Source: a bacterium (GTDB lineage: Bacteria; SAR324; JACQKK01). Taken from it: a stretch of DNA of 35,922 nucleotides. A program made the position numbers and the translations under genes. Every line of letters starts with the position of its first letter. Position 1 is the stretch's first letter. Positions 1-8,949 of the stretch are shown here, piece after piece. The stretch lies in assembly GCA_041477795.1 (NCBI GenBank), contig JBGOUY010000003.1, positions 1 through 35,922 of the forward strand, written 5' to 3'. The notes under the pieces are model-generated. The model was not told where the DNA came from, did no database searches, and was given only the letters and a program-made list of their open reading frames with translations.

Positions 1-138
1 CTGTAGCGCGGGGTAGCGTTCCAGCAGGACTGCACCCACGGCCGCCACGTCGAGGCTGTGGTATGCGAGCGGATGGTAGGGCACGTCCGCCGGCGTGGCT
101 GGGCGCGCCTTGCCCCAATACGGGCGGTACGGTTCCAT
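1..138 (-). CDS. cas3: CRISPR-associated helicase/HD nuclease Cas3 (type I-E-like), N-terminal 46 aa; gene continues beyond left edge
   Basis: Manual minus-strand translation from ATG at 138: MEPYRPYWGKARPATPADVPYHPLAYHSLDVAAVGAVLLERYPALQ, open to the edge. YWGK...H-x-L-x-YH-x-LDVAAV matches the start of the type I-E Cas3 HD domain (E. coli Cas3 begins MEPFKYICHYWGK...HLLIYHCLDVAAV). Confidence 0.88.
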   Translation of the reverse strand, partial: MEPYRPYWGKARPATPADVPYHPLAYHSLDVAAVGAVLLERYPALQ

Positions 139-527
139 GGCAATTAGCCCGCCGGTTCAAGAAACGTTGGAGTCTCCCCCGACTCCCTGGCGCCTACAGC
201 GAGGTCACCTCTTCCTTCCCAATTCTTGAGTTTTCCAGAGCGAGCGACGCCTGACGCAAATATCTGCGCGTTTCGCAGACGTGCCTGCTTTGTGGGCTTT
301 CCTGGACCTATGACGAAACAAGGATGGCGGCAAGAGTAAATCCTGTTGCGCACCACCAGGAACAGTGCTCAGGTCGTCAGCCCACTACAGCCCTACAGGG
401 AATTTGGGACAAATCCGGGACAGTCAGCAGGAAAATCGACGGCAGACGAGGAAATGCGAGGATCGTTAGTCCTCTGATACGATTGCCCTATCTGATCTAC
501 GTCTATCCTGGCTTTTCGGCTTGGCCC

Positions 528-573
528 GACTTTTAATCAGGTGTCCGCGGGTTCGAGTCCCGCCCCGCTCACT
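528..573 (+). tRNA. Truncated tRNA-Lys(TTT), 3' half only; probable att site of an integrated element
   Basis: GACTTTTAATCAGG anticodon loop, T-arm GCGGG-TTCGAGT-CCCGC (547-563), acceptor 3' strand CCCGCTC-A (564-571). No D-arm and no complementary GAGCGGG 5' strand upstream. Confidence 0.8.
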
Positions 574-578
574 AGCAA

Positions 579-591
579 TATCAAGGGCTTA
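579..591 (+). promoter_or_regulatory. IHF-binding consensus site
   Basis: TATCAAGGGCTTA is an exact match to WATCAANNNNTTR, directly after the tRNA fragment. Confidence 0.5.
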
Positions 592-615
592 CGGGGAATC
601 CCGTAAGCCCTTTTT
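583..615 (+). terminator. Rho-independent terminator
   Basis: Perfect 13-bp stem AAGGGCTTACGGG / CCCGTAAGCCCTT with GAAT loop, running into a T tract. Confidence 0.85.
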
Positions 616-902
616 CATTTAAGGTTACGATTCGGTTACACCCCAGCGCTGGATAGGCGGAGCACCCTCGTTCCTCGCAGCACCCTGCCGCACAAGATGG
701 CCGACAAGTTATCCCTGCATCTGAAATACAGACCCGTCAGGTGGGACCACTTTGCCGGCAAAGAGAGAACGGTGCGCACGTTGCGGACAACCCCCAGGCA
801 CGCGCATCGGGCCGCAAGAGGGGCGCCCCGCTGGAGAGCGCGCTCCCGATCGATCGGCTGGGGCCTGCGCTGAATGGCGGCGCGGCCGGGTCAGGCGCCG
901 CC

Positions 903-1835
903 TCAGAGCGCGTCGAAGGTTTCCGCCATGCGCCTGCGCTGGGTCGCGTCGGGTTGGCGGCCGAGGCCGGCGCCCATGTTGTCGACGACGTGGCTGGGGT
1001 TCGCGGTGGCCGGCAGCGCGCAGGTCACCGCCGGGTGCGAGACGATGAACTTGAGGAAGAACTGCGCCCAGCTTTGGCAATCGAACTCGGCCGCCCAGAC
1101 CGGCAGGGGCTTGTCGCGCGCGGCGCGGAACAGCCCGGCGCGCGCGAAGGGCCGGTTGACCAGCACCGCCCCGCCCCGCTCCTGGCAGAGCGGCAGCAGC
1201 CTGGCATCGGCCTCGCGCTCGCCCACCGAGTAGTTGATCTGGATGAAGTCCAGCTTCTCCTGCAGCACGATGCGGATCAGGGCGTCGAGCGAGCGCTCGT
1301 TGTAGTGGGTCACGCCGAGGTAGCGGATGCGGCCGGCGGCCTTCCACTCGCGCAGGCGGGCGAGCTCGTTCTTCCAGTCCAACAGGTTGTGCACCTCGAT
1401 CAGGTCGATGCCCTCGCCGAGCAGGCGCACGGAGTGGTCGAGCTGCTCCTGCCCCTCGGCCATGGAGCTGGCGCCGACCTTGGTCGAGAGGAACACCTGG
1501 TCGCGCAGTCCCTGGCTGCGCACGATCTCGCCGATGATCTCCTCCGACGCGCCGTAGGAGGGTGCGGTATCGATCAGGCGCCCGCCCGCGGCCACGAACT
1601 GCCGCACCACCTCGGGCAGCGGCGCCCGCTTCGCAGGATCGTTGCCCACATCGAACGTCACGGCGCTGCCGAGACCTAGGGCGGGCAGCGCCTCGCCCGT
1701 CGAGGGGATCTTGCGAAGCAACTGGCCCTGGGCGGATGCCGCCCCCAGCGCCGGGCCCGCCATCAACAGCGCCGCGCCGCCGCCGATCAGGGCCAGCGCC
1801 TCGCGGCGGGTCAATCCATTGCGATGCTCGTTCAA
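903..1835 (-). CDS. Aldo/keto reductase with twin-arginine signal peptide
   Basis: IDTAPSYG (Asp/Tyr), STKV (Lys) and EVHN (His) catalytic tetrad; G-RIRYLGV and QINYS motifs; N-terminal TRREALALIGGG plus hydrophobic stretch. Confidence 0.9.
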   Translation of the reverse strand: MNEHRNGLTRREALALIGGGAALLMAGPALGAASAQGQLLRKIPSTGEALPALGLGSAVTFDVGNDPAKRAPLPEVVRQFVAAGGRLIDTAPSYGASEEIIGEIVRSQGLRDQVFLSTKVGASSMAEGQEQLDHSVRLLGEGIDLIEVHNLLDWKNELARLREWKAAGRIRYLGVTHYNERSLDALIRIVLQEKLDFIQINYSVGEREADARLLPLCQERGGAVLVNRPFARAGLFRAARDKPLPVWAAEFDCQSWAQFFLKFIVSHPAVTCALPATANPSHVVDNMGAGLGRQPDATQRRRMAETFDAL

Positions 1836-1886
1836 GGTTGCCGATGCCTCCGGATGAAGGGGGGGGAAAGGCCGTTGCGGCGCCCG

Positions 1887-3227
1887 CTAGATCGCGGGCG
1901 CGGCCGCGGCCATGCGCTCCTGGCGCCGGCCCAGCAGGACGCCATTGATCAGCCACAGCGCGGCGACCGGCACGGCGATGAGGGCGATCGCCGCCAGCCC
2001 GAGGCCCGCGGCCTTGAGTCCGGCGAACAGCCAGCCGCTTACGGCGTCGCCGCCGCGGTAGACCACCGTATCGATGAAGTTCTTGGCCTTGTACTTGTCC
2101 TCGCGGCTGACGACCGTGAACAGGATCTGCCGCGCCGGCTGGGCCAGGGCGAAGTTCGAGGCGCGCCGCACGCCCTGCAAGCCGATCAGGAACCACAGCC
2201 GGGGCGCGATCCCCAGCCCGACGAATCCGATGATCGTCACCAGGGGCACGCAGGCCAGGGTCAGCCCCACGCCGAAGCGCGCGATGACCCGGCCGGTCAG
2301 CATGGCCTGGAGCGCGAGCGCGAGCACGTTGACGACGAGATCGATCGTGGCGAACCACTGCGTGCGCTGGGCCGGGTCGGCCGAGCTGGCCGCGACGATA
2401 TGCGCCTGCTCGAAGTAGAGGAAGGTGGAGGTGGCGGTGTAGAGCAGCATGTAGAGCGAGATGCCCAGCAGGTAGGGCGAGCGCAGCGCGTCCCAGATGC
2501 CCGTGAACGCCCCGCCGCCGATCCGTTCCCGGCCCGGGTGCCCCGCGGATTCGGCCGCCGGCCGGTGGGTGGGCGGATTGCGCTGCGCCCAGCGGCCGAG
2601 CTGCAGGGCGCACCACACCGTCGCCTCCAGCATCAAGGCCGAGATCGGCAGCAGGTTGACCGGACCGAGCGGCTTCACCAGCAGCGCGGTCAGCAGCGGA
2701 CCGAGCAGGGCGCCGGCGCTGCCGCCGGCCGTGATGAAGCCGAACAGGCGCTTGCCGGCCGCGCTGTCGAACAGGTCGGCCATGAAGCTCCAGAACACCG
2801 AGACCACGAACAGGTTGAAGACGCTGACCCAGACGAAGAAGGCGCGCGCCACCCCGGCGGGCGCCACCCCCGCTTGCAGTAGCAGGAAGAACGCGAGGAT
2901 GTTCAGCGCGAAGAAGCGGTAGACCAGCGGGATGAACGTCCGGCGCGGGTAGCGGGCAACCAGCGCCGAGAAGAGCGGCGCCGCCGCGAGCATGGCCAGG
3001 AATGTGGCCGTGAACAGCCATTGCAGCTGGTTCACTCCGCCGGCCACGCCCATCTCGTCGCGCACGGGCCGCAGGATGTAGTAGCTGCACATCAGGCAGA
3101 AGAAGTACGCAAACGCCCAGGCCAGCGCCCGGGCCTCGCCGGCGCGCACATCGACCAGCGGCCGCAGCGCGCGCTCCAACGGGCCGGGCGCGGCCGGTGC
3201 GGAATCCTCCGCTGCGGGATCGGGCAT
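1887..3227 (-). CDS. MFS-fold transporter, ATP:ADP antiporter (AAA/NTT)-like family
   Basis: YYILRPVRDEMG, VFNLFVVSVFWSFMADLF and KYKAKNFIDTVVYRGGD motifs; about 12 hydrophobic segments. Start set at MPDPAAE (3227). Confidence 0.88.
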   Translation of the reverse strand: MPDPAAEDSAPAAPGPLERALRPLVDVRAGEARALAWAFAYFFCLMCSYYILRPVRDEMGVAGGVNQLQWLFTATFLAMLAAAPLFSALVARYPRRTFIPLVYRFFALNILAFFLLLQAGVAPAGVARAFFVWVSVFNLFVVSVFWSFMADLFDSAAGKRLFGFITAGGSAGALLGPLLTALLVKPLGPVNLLPISALMLEATVWCALQLGRWAQRNPPTHRPAAESAGHPGRERIGGGAFTGIWDALRSPYLLGISLYMLLYTATSTFLYFEQAHIVAASSADPAQRTQWFATIDLVVNVLALALQAMLTGRVIARFGVGLTLACVPLVTIIGFVGLGIAPRLWFLIGLQGVRRASNFALAQPARQILFTVVSREDKYKAKNFIDTVVYRGGDAVSGWLFAGLKAAGLGLAAIALIAVPVAALWLINGVLLGRRQERMAAAAPAI

Positions 3228-3647
3228 GGCGGCGTGGCCCTCAGGCGGTTGGATGGCGGCCCGCACTGGCGCTGCGGCCCGTCCTGCCGTCGGACGCGGC
3301 GGTGCGCCGCCCAACGGTCAGCGCAAAGGCCCGCCGGATACCGGGTGCGCGAGCTACCGCCCTGTATCAGAATTCGCCGGAGTTGTCTGCGGGGATGCGG
3401 TGCGTGGGCAGGGCCTGTTCAAAGGCGACGACAGCCCTGCCGGGGGGCTGTCCTGCCGGAGGGACTGTTGCCGGAACTGACGCTGACGATCCAGGGGCCG
3501 CTCTGGATGCCCGGCCGCCGTCGACCCACCTGCTGCCGGCCGCCGGCAGGCGTTCAAGCCGCCCCAAGCCTGTTGCGCGAGACGACGCTGCACGAGGAGG
3601 GCCGGATCGGCGGCCGGCACCTGACCCGCGCCGGCCCTTGCACTTGG

Positions 3648-3661
3648 GACAAATAGTTGTC
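3648..3661. promoter_or_regulatory. Candidate operator palindrome upstream of the GAF-liv operon
   Basis: GACAA-ATAG-TTGTC inverted repeat in an AT-rich patch about 90 bp before the operon, preceded by a -35-like TTGCAC (3638-3643). Confidence 0.35.
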
Positions 3662-3747
3662 AAGTTCGCGATGGCAGACGCCCCAATCCGTGCGCTACCG
3701 CGCCCCATCTGCGTTCCCCCGGTTTCCCCGCGTCAACCAGGATCCCC

Positions 3748-4248
3748 GTGATGCCCGATCGGAGCCAGGTATTGTCCATCGCCGATCTTGCCGCCCTGGC
3801 CGCTTTATCGGCCGGCAAGCATGAATCGTGCGAGCTTTATGCGGCCGTCGACGCGTTGGTGCAGAAGGTCATCGGCCATCGCTTGTTCACCATCATGCGC
3901 GTCCACGAAGCGACGATGGAGGTCGAACGCGTCCACAGCAGCAACGTGGCGGCCTATCCGGTGGGCGGCCGCAAGAAGAAGCGTGGCACACCGTGGGGCC
4001 GGGTGGTATTGGACGAAGGGGAGGTGTTCATCGCCCGTACACCGGACGAAGTACGGCAAGCCTTCGACGATCACGCATTGATTTTCAGCCTCGGCGTCGG
4101 GTCGATCATGAACGTGCCGATCGGTTATCGTGGGCGGCGCCTGGGCACCATCAACATTTCGCACGACGCAGGCTGGTTCCGTGAGCAGGACGCCGCCGCC
4201 GGTCGCCTGCTCGCCGCGCTGCTGGTGCCGGCGCTGCTGCTGGACTGA
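3748..4248 (+). CDS. Stand-alone GAF-domain protein
   Basis: IGHRLFT...ERVHSSN..AYPVGGRKKK...TPWG...LIFSLGVGSIMNVPI...LGTINI pattern typical of single-domain GAF proteins. Confidence 0.8.
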   Translation: MMPDRSQVLSIADLAALAALSAGKHESCELYAAVDALVQKVIGHRLFTIMRVHEATMEVERVHSSNVAAYPVGGRKKKRGTPWGRVVLDEGEVFIARTPDEVRQAFDDHALIFSLGVGSIMNVPIGYRGRRLGTINISHDAGWFREQDAAAGRLLAALLVPALLLD

Positions 4249-4272
4249 CGCTTCGCAAGAGCACGCGGGCGA

Positions 4273-5052
4273 ATGGGGGTGGCCGTGCCACAGTCGCTGC
4301 TCGAAGTGCGCGGGCTGACACGCAGCTTCTACGGAGTGCACGCGCTCAGCGGCGTGGACCTGCGCGTCGAGGCGCATCGGATCACCGGCCTGATCGGCCC
4401 CAACGGCGCGGGCAAGACCACGCTGTTCAACTGCATCTCCGGGGTGGTCCCTCCCGATGCTGGAACGGTGCTGTTCGGCGGCCAGGACATCACCGGCTGG
4501 CGGCCGGACCGCATCGCAGCCGTCGGGCTCATGCGCACCTTCCAGATCGCGCGCGGCTTCCCGCGCCTGTCCGTGTTCGAGAATCTGTTGCTGTACGGCG
4601 ACCGTCAGCCGGGCGAGCGCGCGACGGCGGCGCTGCTGCGAACCCGGCCGGCATTGCGCCGCGAGTCTGAATTGATCGCTTCCGCCTATGCGATCGCGAC
4701 GCGGTTGAATCTGGTGCGCGTGCTCAACGATCCGGCGGCGAGCCTGTCTGGCGGCCAAAAGAAACTGCTGGAGATCGGCCGCGTGCTGATGGGGCGGCCC
4801 AGGCTGATCCTGCTGGACGAACCGGTCGCCGGCGTCAACCCGTCGTTGACGCGCGAAATCGCCGAGCACCTGCGCGCGCTGGTCGACGAGGGGCTCTCGA
4901 TCCTGCTGATCGAGCATCACATGGACACGATCGCGCAGCTTTGCGATCACGTCGTGGTGCTGGCCGAGGGGAAAAATCTGGCCGAGGGCAGCTTCGCCGC
5001 TTTGGCGCAAAGTGACGTGGTGCAGGAAGCTTACATGGGCCGACGGCGATGA
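4273..5052 (+). CDS. livG: Branched-chain amino acid-type ABC transporter ATP-binding protein (LivG-like)
   Basis: Walker A GPNGAGKTT, RTFQ, LSGGQKKLLE, LLDEP, IEHHM. Start could be GTG at 4285. Confidence 0.9.
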   Translation: MGVAVPQSLLEVRGLTRSFYGVHALSGVDLRVEAHRITGLIGPNGAGKTTLFNCISGVVPPDAGTVLFGGQDITGWRPDRIAAVGLMRTFQIARGFPRLSVFENLLLYGDRQPGERATAALLRTRPALRRESELIASAYAIATRLNLVRVLNDPAASLSGGQKKLLEIGRVLMGRPRLILLDEPVAGVNPSLTREIAEHLRALVDEGLSILLIEHHMDTIAQLCDHVVVLAEGKNLAEGSFAALAQSDVVQEAYMGRRR

Positions 5053-5756
5053 GCCTGCTGGCCGTTACCAGCCTGGTCGTCGGATACAACGCCGCCGATG
5101 AAGTGCTGAAGGGGGTCGATTTCCGCGTCGAGCCCGGCGAGATCGTTGGCGTCATCGGGCCCAACGGCGCCGGCAAATCGACACTCTTCAAGGCCATCGC
5201 CGGGCTGCTCAAGCCGGGGCGCGGCAGCATCCTCCTGAACGGCGAGGCCATCGGTGGACGAGCGGCACGAGAGATCAGCCGCCTGGGCGTTGCCTACGTG
5301 CCGCAGGAGCAGAACATCTTTCCCACCATGTCCGTGCGCGAAAACCTGGAGATGGGCGGCTATATCGACCCCAAAGGCAGCGCGCGCAAGATCGAGCTTG
5401 CGTTCGAGCGCTTTCCCATCCTGGCCAGGCGCCGCCGTGTCGCGGCACGCTCGCTGTCCGGTGGCGAGCGCCAGATGCTGGCCATGGCCATGGCGCTGAT
5501 GGTCGAACCGAAGGTGCTGCTGTTAGACGAGCCGTCCGCTGGGTTGTCGCCGCAGGCCGCGGAGGTCCTGTTCGAGAACATCGTGGCCGTCAACCGCTCG
5601 GGCGTGGCGATTGCCATGGTCGAGCAGAACGCGCGCGAGGCATTGACCATCGCGAATCGGGCGTACATATTGGTCGACGGGCGCAATCACCGCGATGGGC
5701 CCGCAGCCGCGTTGGCCAGCGATCCGGACATCAGACGGATTTTCCTGGGCGGCTGA
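5049..5756 (+). CDS. livF: Branched-chain amino acid-type ABC transporter ATP-binding protein (LivF-like)
   Basis: GPNGAGKST, YVPQ, LSGGERQMLA, LLDEPSAGLSP, VEQNA; ATGA overlap with the previous gene. Confidence 0.9.
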   Translation: MSLLAVTSLVVGYNAADEVLKGVDFRVEPGEIVGVIGPNGAGKSTLFKAIAGLLKPGRGSILLNGEAIGGRAAREISRLGVAYVPQEQNIFPTMSVRENLEMGGYIDPKGSARKIELAFERFPILARRRRVAARSLSGGERQMLAMAMALMVEPKVLLLDEPSAGLSPQAAEVLFENIVAVNRSGVAIAMVEQNAREALTIANRAYILVDGRNHRDGPAAALASDPDIRRIFLGG

Positions 5757-5801
5757 ATTCCTGCGTATTTCCTGCGCAACACACACGAGTGGGGTGCCCA
5801 C

Positions 5802-7013
5802 ATGACGAATATTCGGATGTCCATCTCCCGCCGCGGTTTCGTCAAGGCGGCGGGTGCGTTGGCCGTGGCCGGCCTTGCGCCCGCGATCGTGCGCGGCCAG
5901 GGTGCGCCGATGCAGCTCGGCATTTTGACGCCATTGACCGGCGCCGGGGGGTTCGATGGGCCACGCATGGCCAAGGCGATGACGGCGGTGATGGACGAGG
6001 TCAACGCGGCCGGCGGGCTGCTCGGCCGCAAGGTCGAATTGGTCATTGAGGACGACGAGACCAATCCCGAGGCGGCCGTGCGCGCCGCACGCAAGCTGAT
6101 CGACGTGACCAAAGTGCCGGTGATCATGGGCACCTGGGCATCGGCCGTAACTTCTGCCGTGGCGCCGCTGTGCTGGGAGAGCAAGACCTTCCTGACCACG
6201 GTCTCGGGCGCCGATTCGATCACCAAGCTGCCGCACCAGGGCTACCTCATCCGCACCCAGCCCAACAATCATCTGCAGGCCGCCAAGCACGCGGAGTTCA
6301 TCGCCGCGCTCGGTGTCAAGCGCTGCTTCATCATGTCCATCCAGGCGCCGTTTTCGCAGCCGACGCAGGAGCGCGCCAGCGAGGTCTTGAAGCAAAAGGG
6401 ATCGGAAATGGTAGGCGGGCTGATCTACGACAAGGACAAGACCACCTACCGCTCCGAGGTGGACCAGGCGCTGAAGACCAAGCCGGATCTGATCTACCTC
6501 AATGGGTACGCGCCGGACGTCACCATCTTGCTGCGCGATCTCTATCGCGCGGGATACACCGGGCCGCGCTTCGCCCAGTCGTACGCCGTGACCAGCAAGG
6601 TGTTGGAGGCGCTGCCGGCGGAAGTGACCGAAGGCGTCATCACCGTGCAGCCCTCGGCCGATGTCGGCTCGCCTGCCTACGATCTCGCCAAGAAACGCCT
6701 CGGCATCGCCGAGCCGGATTCGTACGAATCGCAGGCGACCGATTGGGCCAGCCTGGTTGCGCTGGCCATCGCCAAGGCCAAGCTGGCGACCGGCACCGGC
6801 ATGCGCGACAACGTGCGCAAGATTTCGCAAGGCAGCGGCAGCAAGGTCTACAGCGCGGTGGAAGGCCTCCAGTTGCTGGCGCAAGGCAAGGACATCAACT
6901 ACGAAGGCGCGAGCGGCCCCTGCGATTTCACGGACATTGGCGATATCCTCGACTGCAAGTTTCGCTACAACAAGGTGCACGCCGGCAAGTTGGCATTCCT
7001 GAAGGTCACCTGA
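5802..7013 (+). CDS. ABC transporter substrate-binding protein (LivK/Peripla_BP_6 type), Tat signal
   Basis: SRRGFVK signal; LTPLTG, VNAAGGLLGRKVELVIEDD, INYEGASGPCDF; operon context. Confidence 0.88.
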   Translation: MTNIRMSISRRGFVKAAGALAVAGLAPAIVRGQGAPMQLGILTPLTGAGGFDGPRMAKAMTAVMDEVNAAGGLLGRKVELVIEDDETNPEAAVRAARKLIDVTKVPVIMGTWASAVTSAVAPLCWESKTFLTTVSGADSITKLPHQGYLIRTQPNNHLQAAKHAEFIAALGVKRCFIMSIQAPFSQPTQERASEVLKQKGSEMVGGLIYDKDKTTYRSEVDQALKTKPDLIYLNGYAPDVTILLRDLYRAGYTGPRFAQSYAVTSKVLEALPAEVTEGVITVQPSADVGSPAYDLAKKRLGIAEPDSYESQATDWASLVALAIAKAKLATGTGMRDNVRKISQGSGSKVYSAVEGLQLLAQGKDINYEGASGPCDFTDIGDILDCKFRYNKVHAGKLAFLKVT

Positions 7014-7020
7014 GCGACCG

Positions 7021-7896
7021 ATGCCGCCGCTTCTGGCAGAGGTCACGCAACTGGTCGTCAACGGCGTGATGGCGGGCACCATCCTGGCGGTGCCCGCCAT
7101 CGGCTTGACCGCGATCTACGCCGTGCTGCGTTTTCCGAATTTCGCGGTAGCCTCGCACGCAACGATCGGTGCATTCGCGGGATATGTCGCCAACGTCAAG
7201 TTTGGCTGGCCGATCCTGCCATCGGTCGTCGTCGCGTTTCTGGCCGCCGGTGCCGTCGGCGTCGTGACGGATGAGACGGTGCTAAGACGTTTCCGGCCCG
7301 CCGGTTTCATCACCACCGCCATTGCCTCGATCGCCCTGACCATCGCCCTCGAGAACATCGTGCGATTCAGCTTCGGCAACGATCTGCGCGGCTATGCGTT
7401 GCCGATCGAGCGTGACTGGCGTGTCGGATCGATTCGCATCGGCCCGCAACAGGTGCAAAACCTGATGATCGTGTTGGTTGCCATGGCCGCGCTGTTTGGC
7501 TTCCTGTCGTTCACGCGCACGGGCAAGGCGATGCGAGCGGTCGCCGACAATCCGATGTTGGCCAGCATCAAGGGCATCCATGCCGACATGATCAGCCGGC
7601 TCGTCAACTTCGTCGGCATGGGGTTGGCCGGCCTGGGCGGAATGCTGATCGGTCTTGACACCACGATCGATCCGTTGACCGGCTTCCGCTCCATCCTGTC
7701 CGTATTCGCGGCGGCGGTCGTCGGCGGATTGGGCAGCATTCCCGGCGCGGTGCTCGGCGCGCTGACGGTCGGCGTCGGCGAGGAACTGTGCCTGTTGTTC
7801 CTGTCGCCGGACTATCGCAGCGTCGTGGGCTTCGTCGCCATCCTGCTGGTGCTCACGCTGCGGCCGCGGGGCATCCTGGGCCAGCGAGCCTACTGA
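7021..7896 (+). CDS. livH: Branched-chain amino acid ABC permease (LivH-like)
   Basis: QLVVNG, NFAVA, TRTGKAMRAVADN, VVGGLGSIPGA, RPRGILG. Confidence 0.9.
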   Translation: MPPLLAEVTQLVVNGVMAGTILAVPAIGLTAIYAVLRFPNFAVASHATIGAFAGYVANVKFGWPILPSVVVAFLAAGAVGVVTDETVLRRFRPAGFITTAIASIALTIALENIVRFSFGNDLRGYALPIERDWRVGSIRIGPQQVQNLMIVLVAMAALFGFLSFTRTGKAMRAVADNPMLASIKGIHADMISRLVNFVGMGLAGLGGMLIGLDTTIDPLTGFRSILSVFAAAVVGGLGSIPGAVLGALTVGVGEELCLLFLSPDYRSVVGFVAILLVLTLRPRGILGQRAY

Positions 7897-8831
7897 TGGA
7901 AAACTACCTGATCGCGATGGCGGTTTCCGCCGGTATTTATGCGCTGATGGCGCTGGGCGTGAACGTCATGTGGGGCCTGGCCGGCATGGTCAATCTGGGG
8001 CTGGTCGGGTTCTTCGCGGTCGGCGCCTATGTCAGCGCGTTGTTGACGCTGAAACTGGGTGTCCCCATTGCTGTCGGCATGTTGGCCGGCGCGCTGGTGG
8101 CCTCGCTGGTCGGCGCCCTGGTCGCGCTGATCACGGTGCGATTGCGCGGCGATTATCTGGCCATCGTGACGCTGGGTTTCGCCGAGACCATCCGCATCGT
8201 CGCCAGCAACGCCATCTGGATGACGAACGGCACGGACGGAATTTCCGGCATTCCCGGCCCCTATCGTGGGTCGTTGTCGCCCGAGGCGTTCAACCTGCTG
8301 TACCTGGCGATCGTCGGAACGATCGTGGCCGTGGCTTATGTGTCGGCCGAGCGCCTCCGCGCGTCGCCGTTCGGGCGCGTGCTGCGCGCCATCCGCGACG
8401 ACGAACAAGTCGCCGCCGTCGCGGGCAAGCATGTGGCGCTGTTCAAGGTGAAGGCGTTTGCGATCGGTGCGGCGCCGCTGGGCTTGGCCGGCGCGCTGTA
8501 CGGTCACTACACGTCCTATATCGCGCCGGATATCTTCGTGCCGCTGCTGACGCTTTACATCAAGCTGGCGTTGCTGTCGGGCGGACTCGGCAACAATCGC
8601 GGCGCCATCGTCGGCGCGTTCGCCGTGGTCTTCCTGCTCGAGTCGACCCGCTTCATGATTCCGCTGGTGCCGGGCGTGAGCGCGGTGCAGGGCGCCGCGT
8701 TGCGTGAGTTCCTGATCGCCGCAATGCTGATCGTCATGCTGCGCTACCGGCCGACGGGCCTGATCCCGGAGCGACTGCCCCGCATTCCCCTGCCCTCCAC
8801 ACCGATGGAACATTACCAGCCCACCGCGTAG
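7896..8831 (+). CDS. livM: Branched-chain amino acid ABC permease (LivM-like)
   Basis: RLRGDYLAIVTLGFAE, SPFGRVLRAIRDDE, RPTGL; ATG at 7896 overlaps the livH stop (TGATG). Confidence 0.9.
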   Translation: MENYLIAMAVSAGIYALMALGVNVMWGLAGMVNLGLVGFFAVGAYVSALLTLKLGVPIAVGMLAGALVASLVGALVALITVRLRGDYLAIVTLGFAETIRIVASNAIWMTNGTDGISGIPGPYRGSLSPEAFNLLYLAIVGTIVAVAYVSAERLRASPFGRVLRAIRDDEQVAAVAGKHVALFKVKAFAIGAAPLGLAGALYGHYTSYIAPDIFVPLLTLYIKLALLSGGLGNNRGAIVGAFAVVFLLESTRFMIPLVPGVSAVQGAALREFLIAAMLIVMLRYRPTGLIPERLPRIPLPSTPMEHYQPTA

Positions 8832-8949
8832 CGCGGCCGACGAGGGGCGGTCGCCGCTCCCGATCGGATGGCTGCCGACTGCCCGCAAGGGCCGCCGCCC
8901 GCCTCCGATCGCCATCCGTGGCGAATGACGGGCCTCAGGGGTCCTTCTA

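Noticed and set aside
495-574. Complete functional tRNA-Lys gene
   Set aside because: No D-arm or 5' acceptor strand, a mismatch in the anticodon stem, and it ends CTA rather than CCA. Reported only as a 3' fragment.
709-3090. Long alternative-frame ORFs (793 aa here; also 26819-29527, 23328-25334, 19321-21018)
   Set aside because: Arg/Gly/Pro/Ala-rich shadow or antisense frames over well-supported genes, as expected in high-GC DNA.
404-3654. TTGGGACAAAT at both 404-414 and 3644-3654
   Set aside because: Only 11 bp with no extension and no element structure between the copies; treated as likely chance.
3721-3749. GTTTCCCCGCGTCA... resembles a type I-E repeat start
   Set aside because: Solo copy with a broken hairpin. 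No CRISPR array was seen anywhere in the window.
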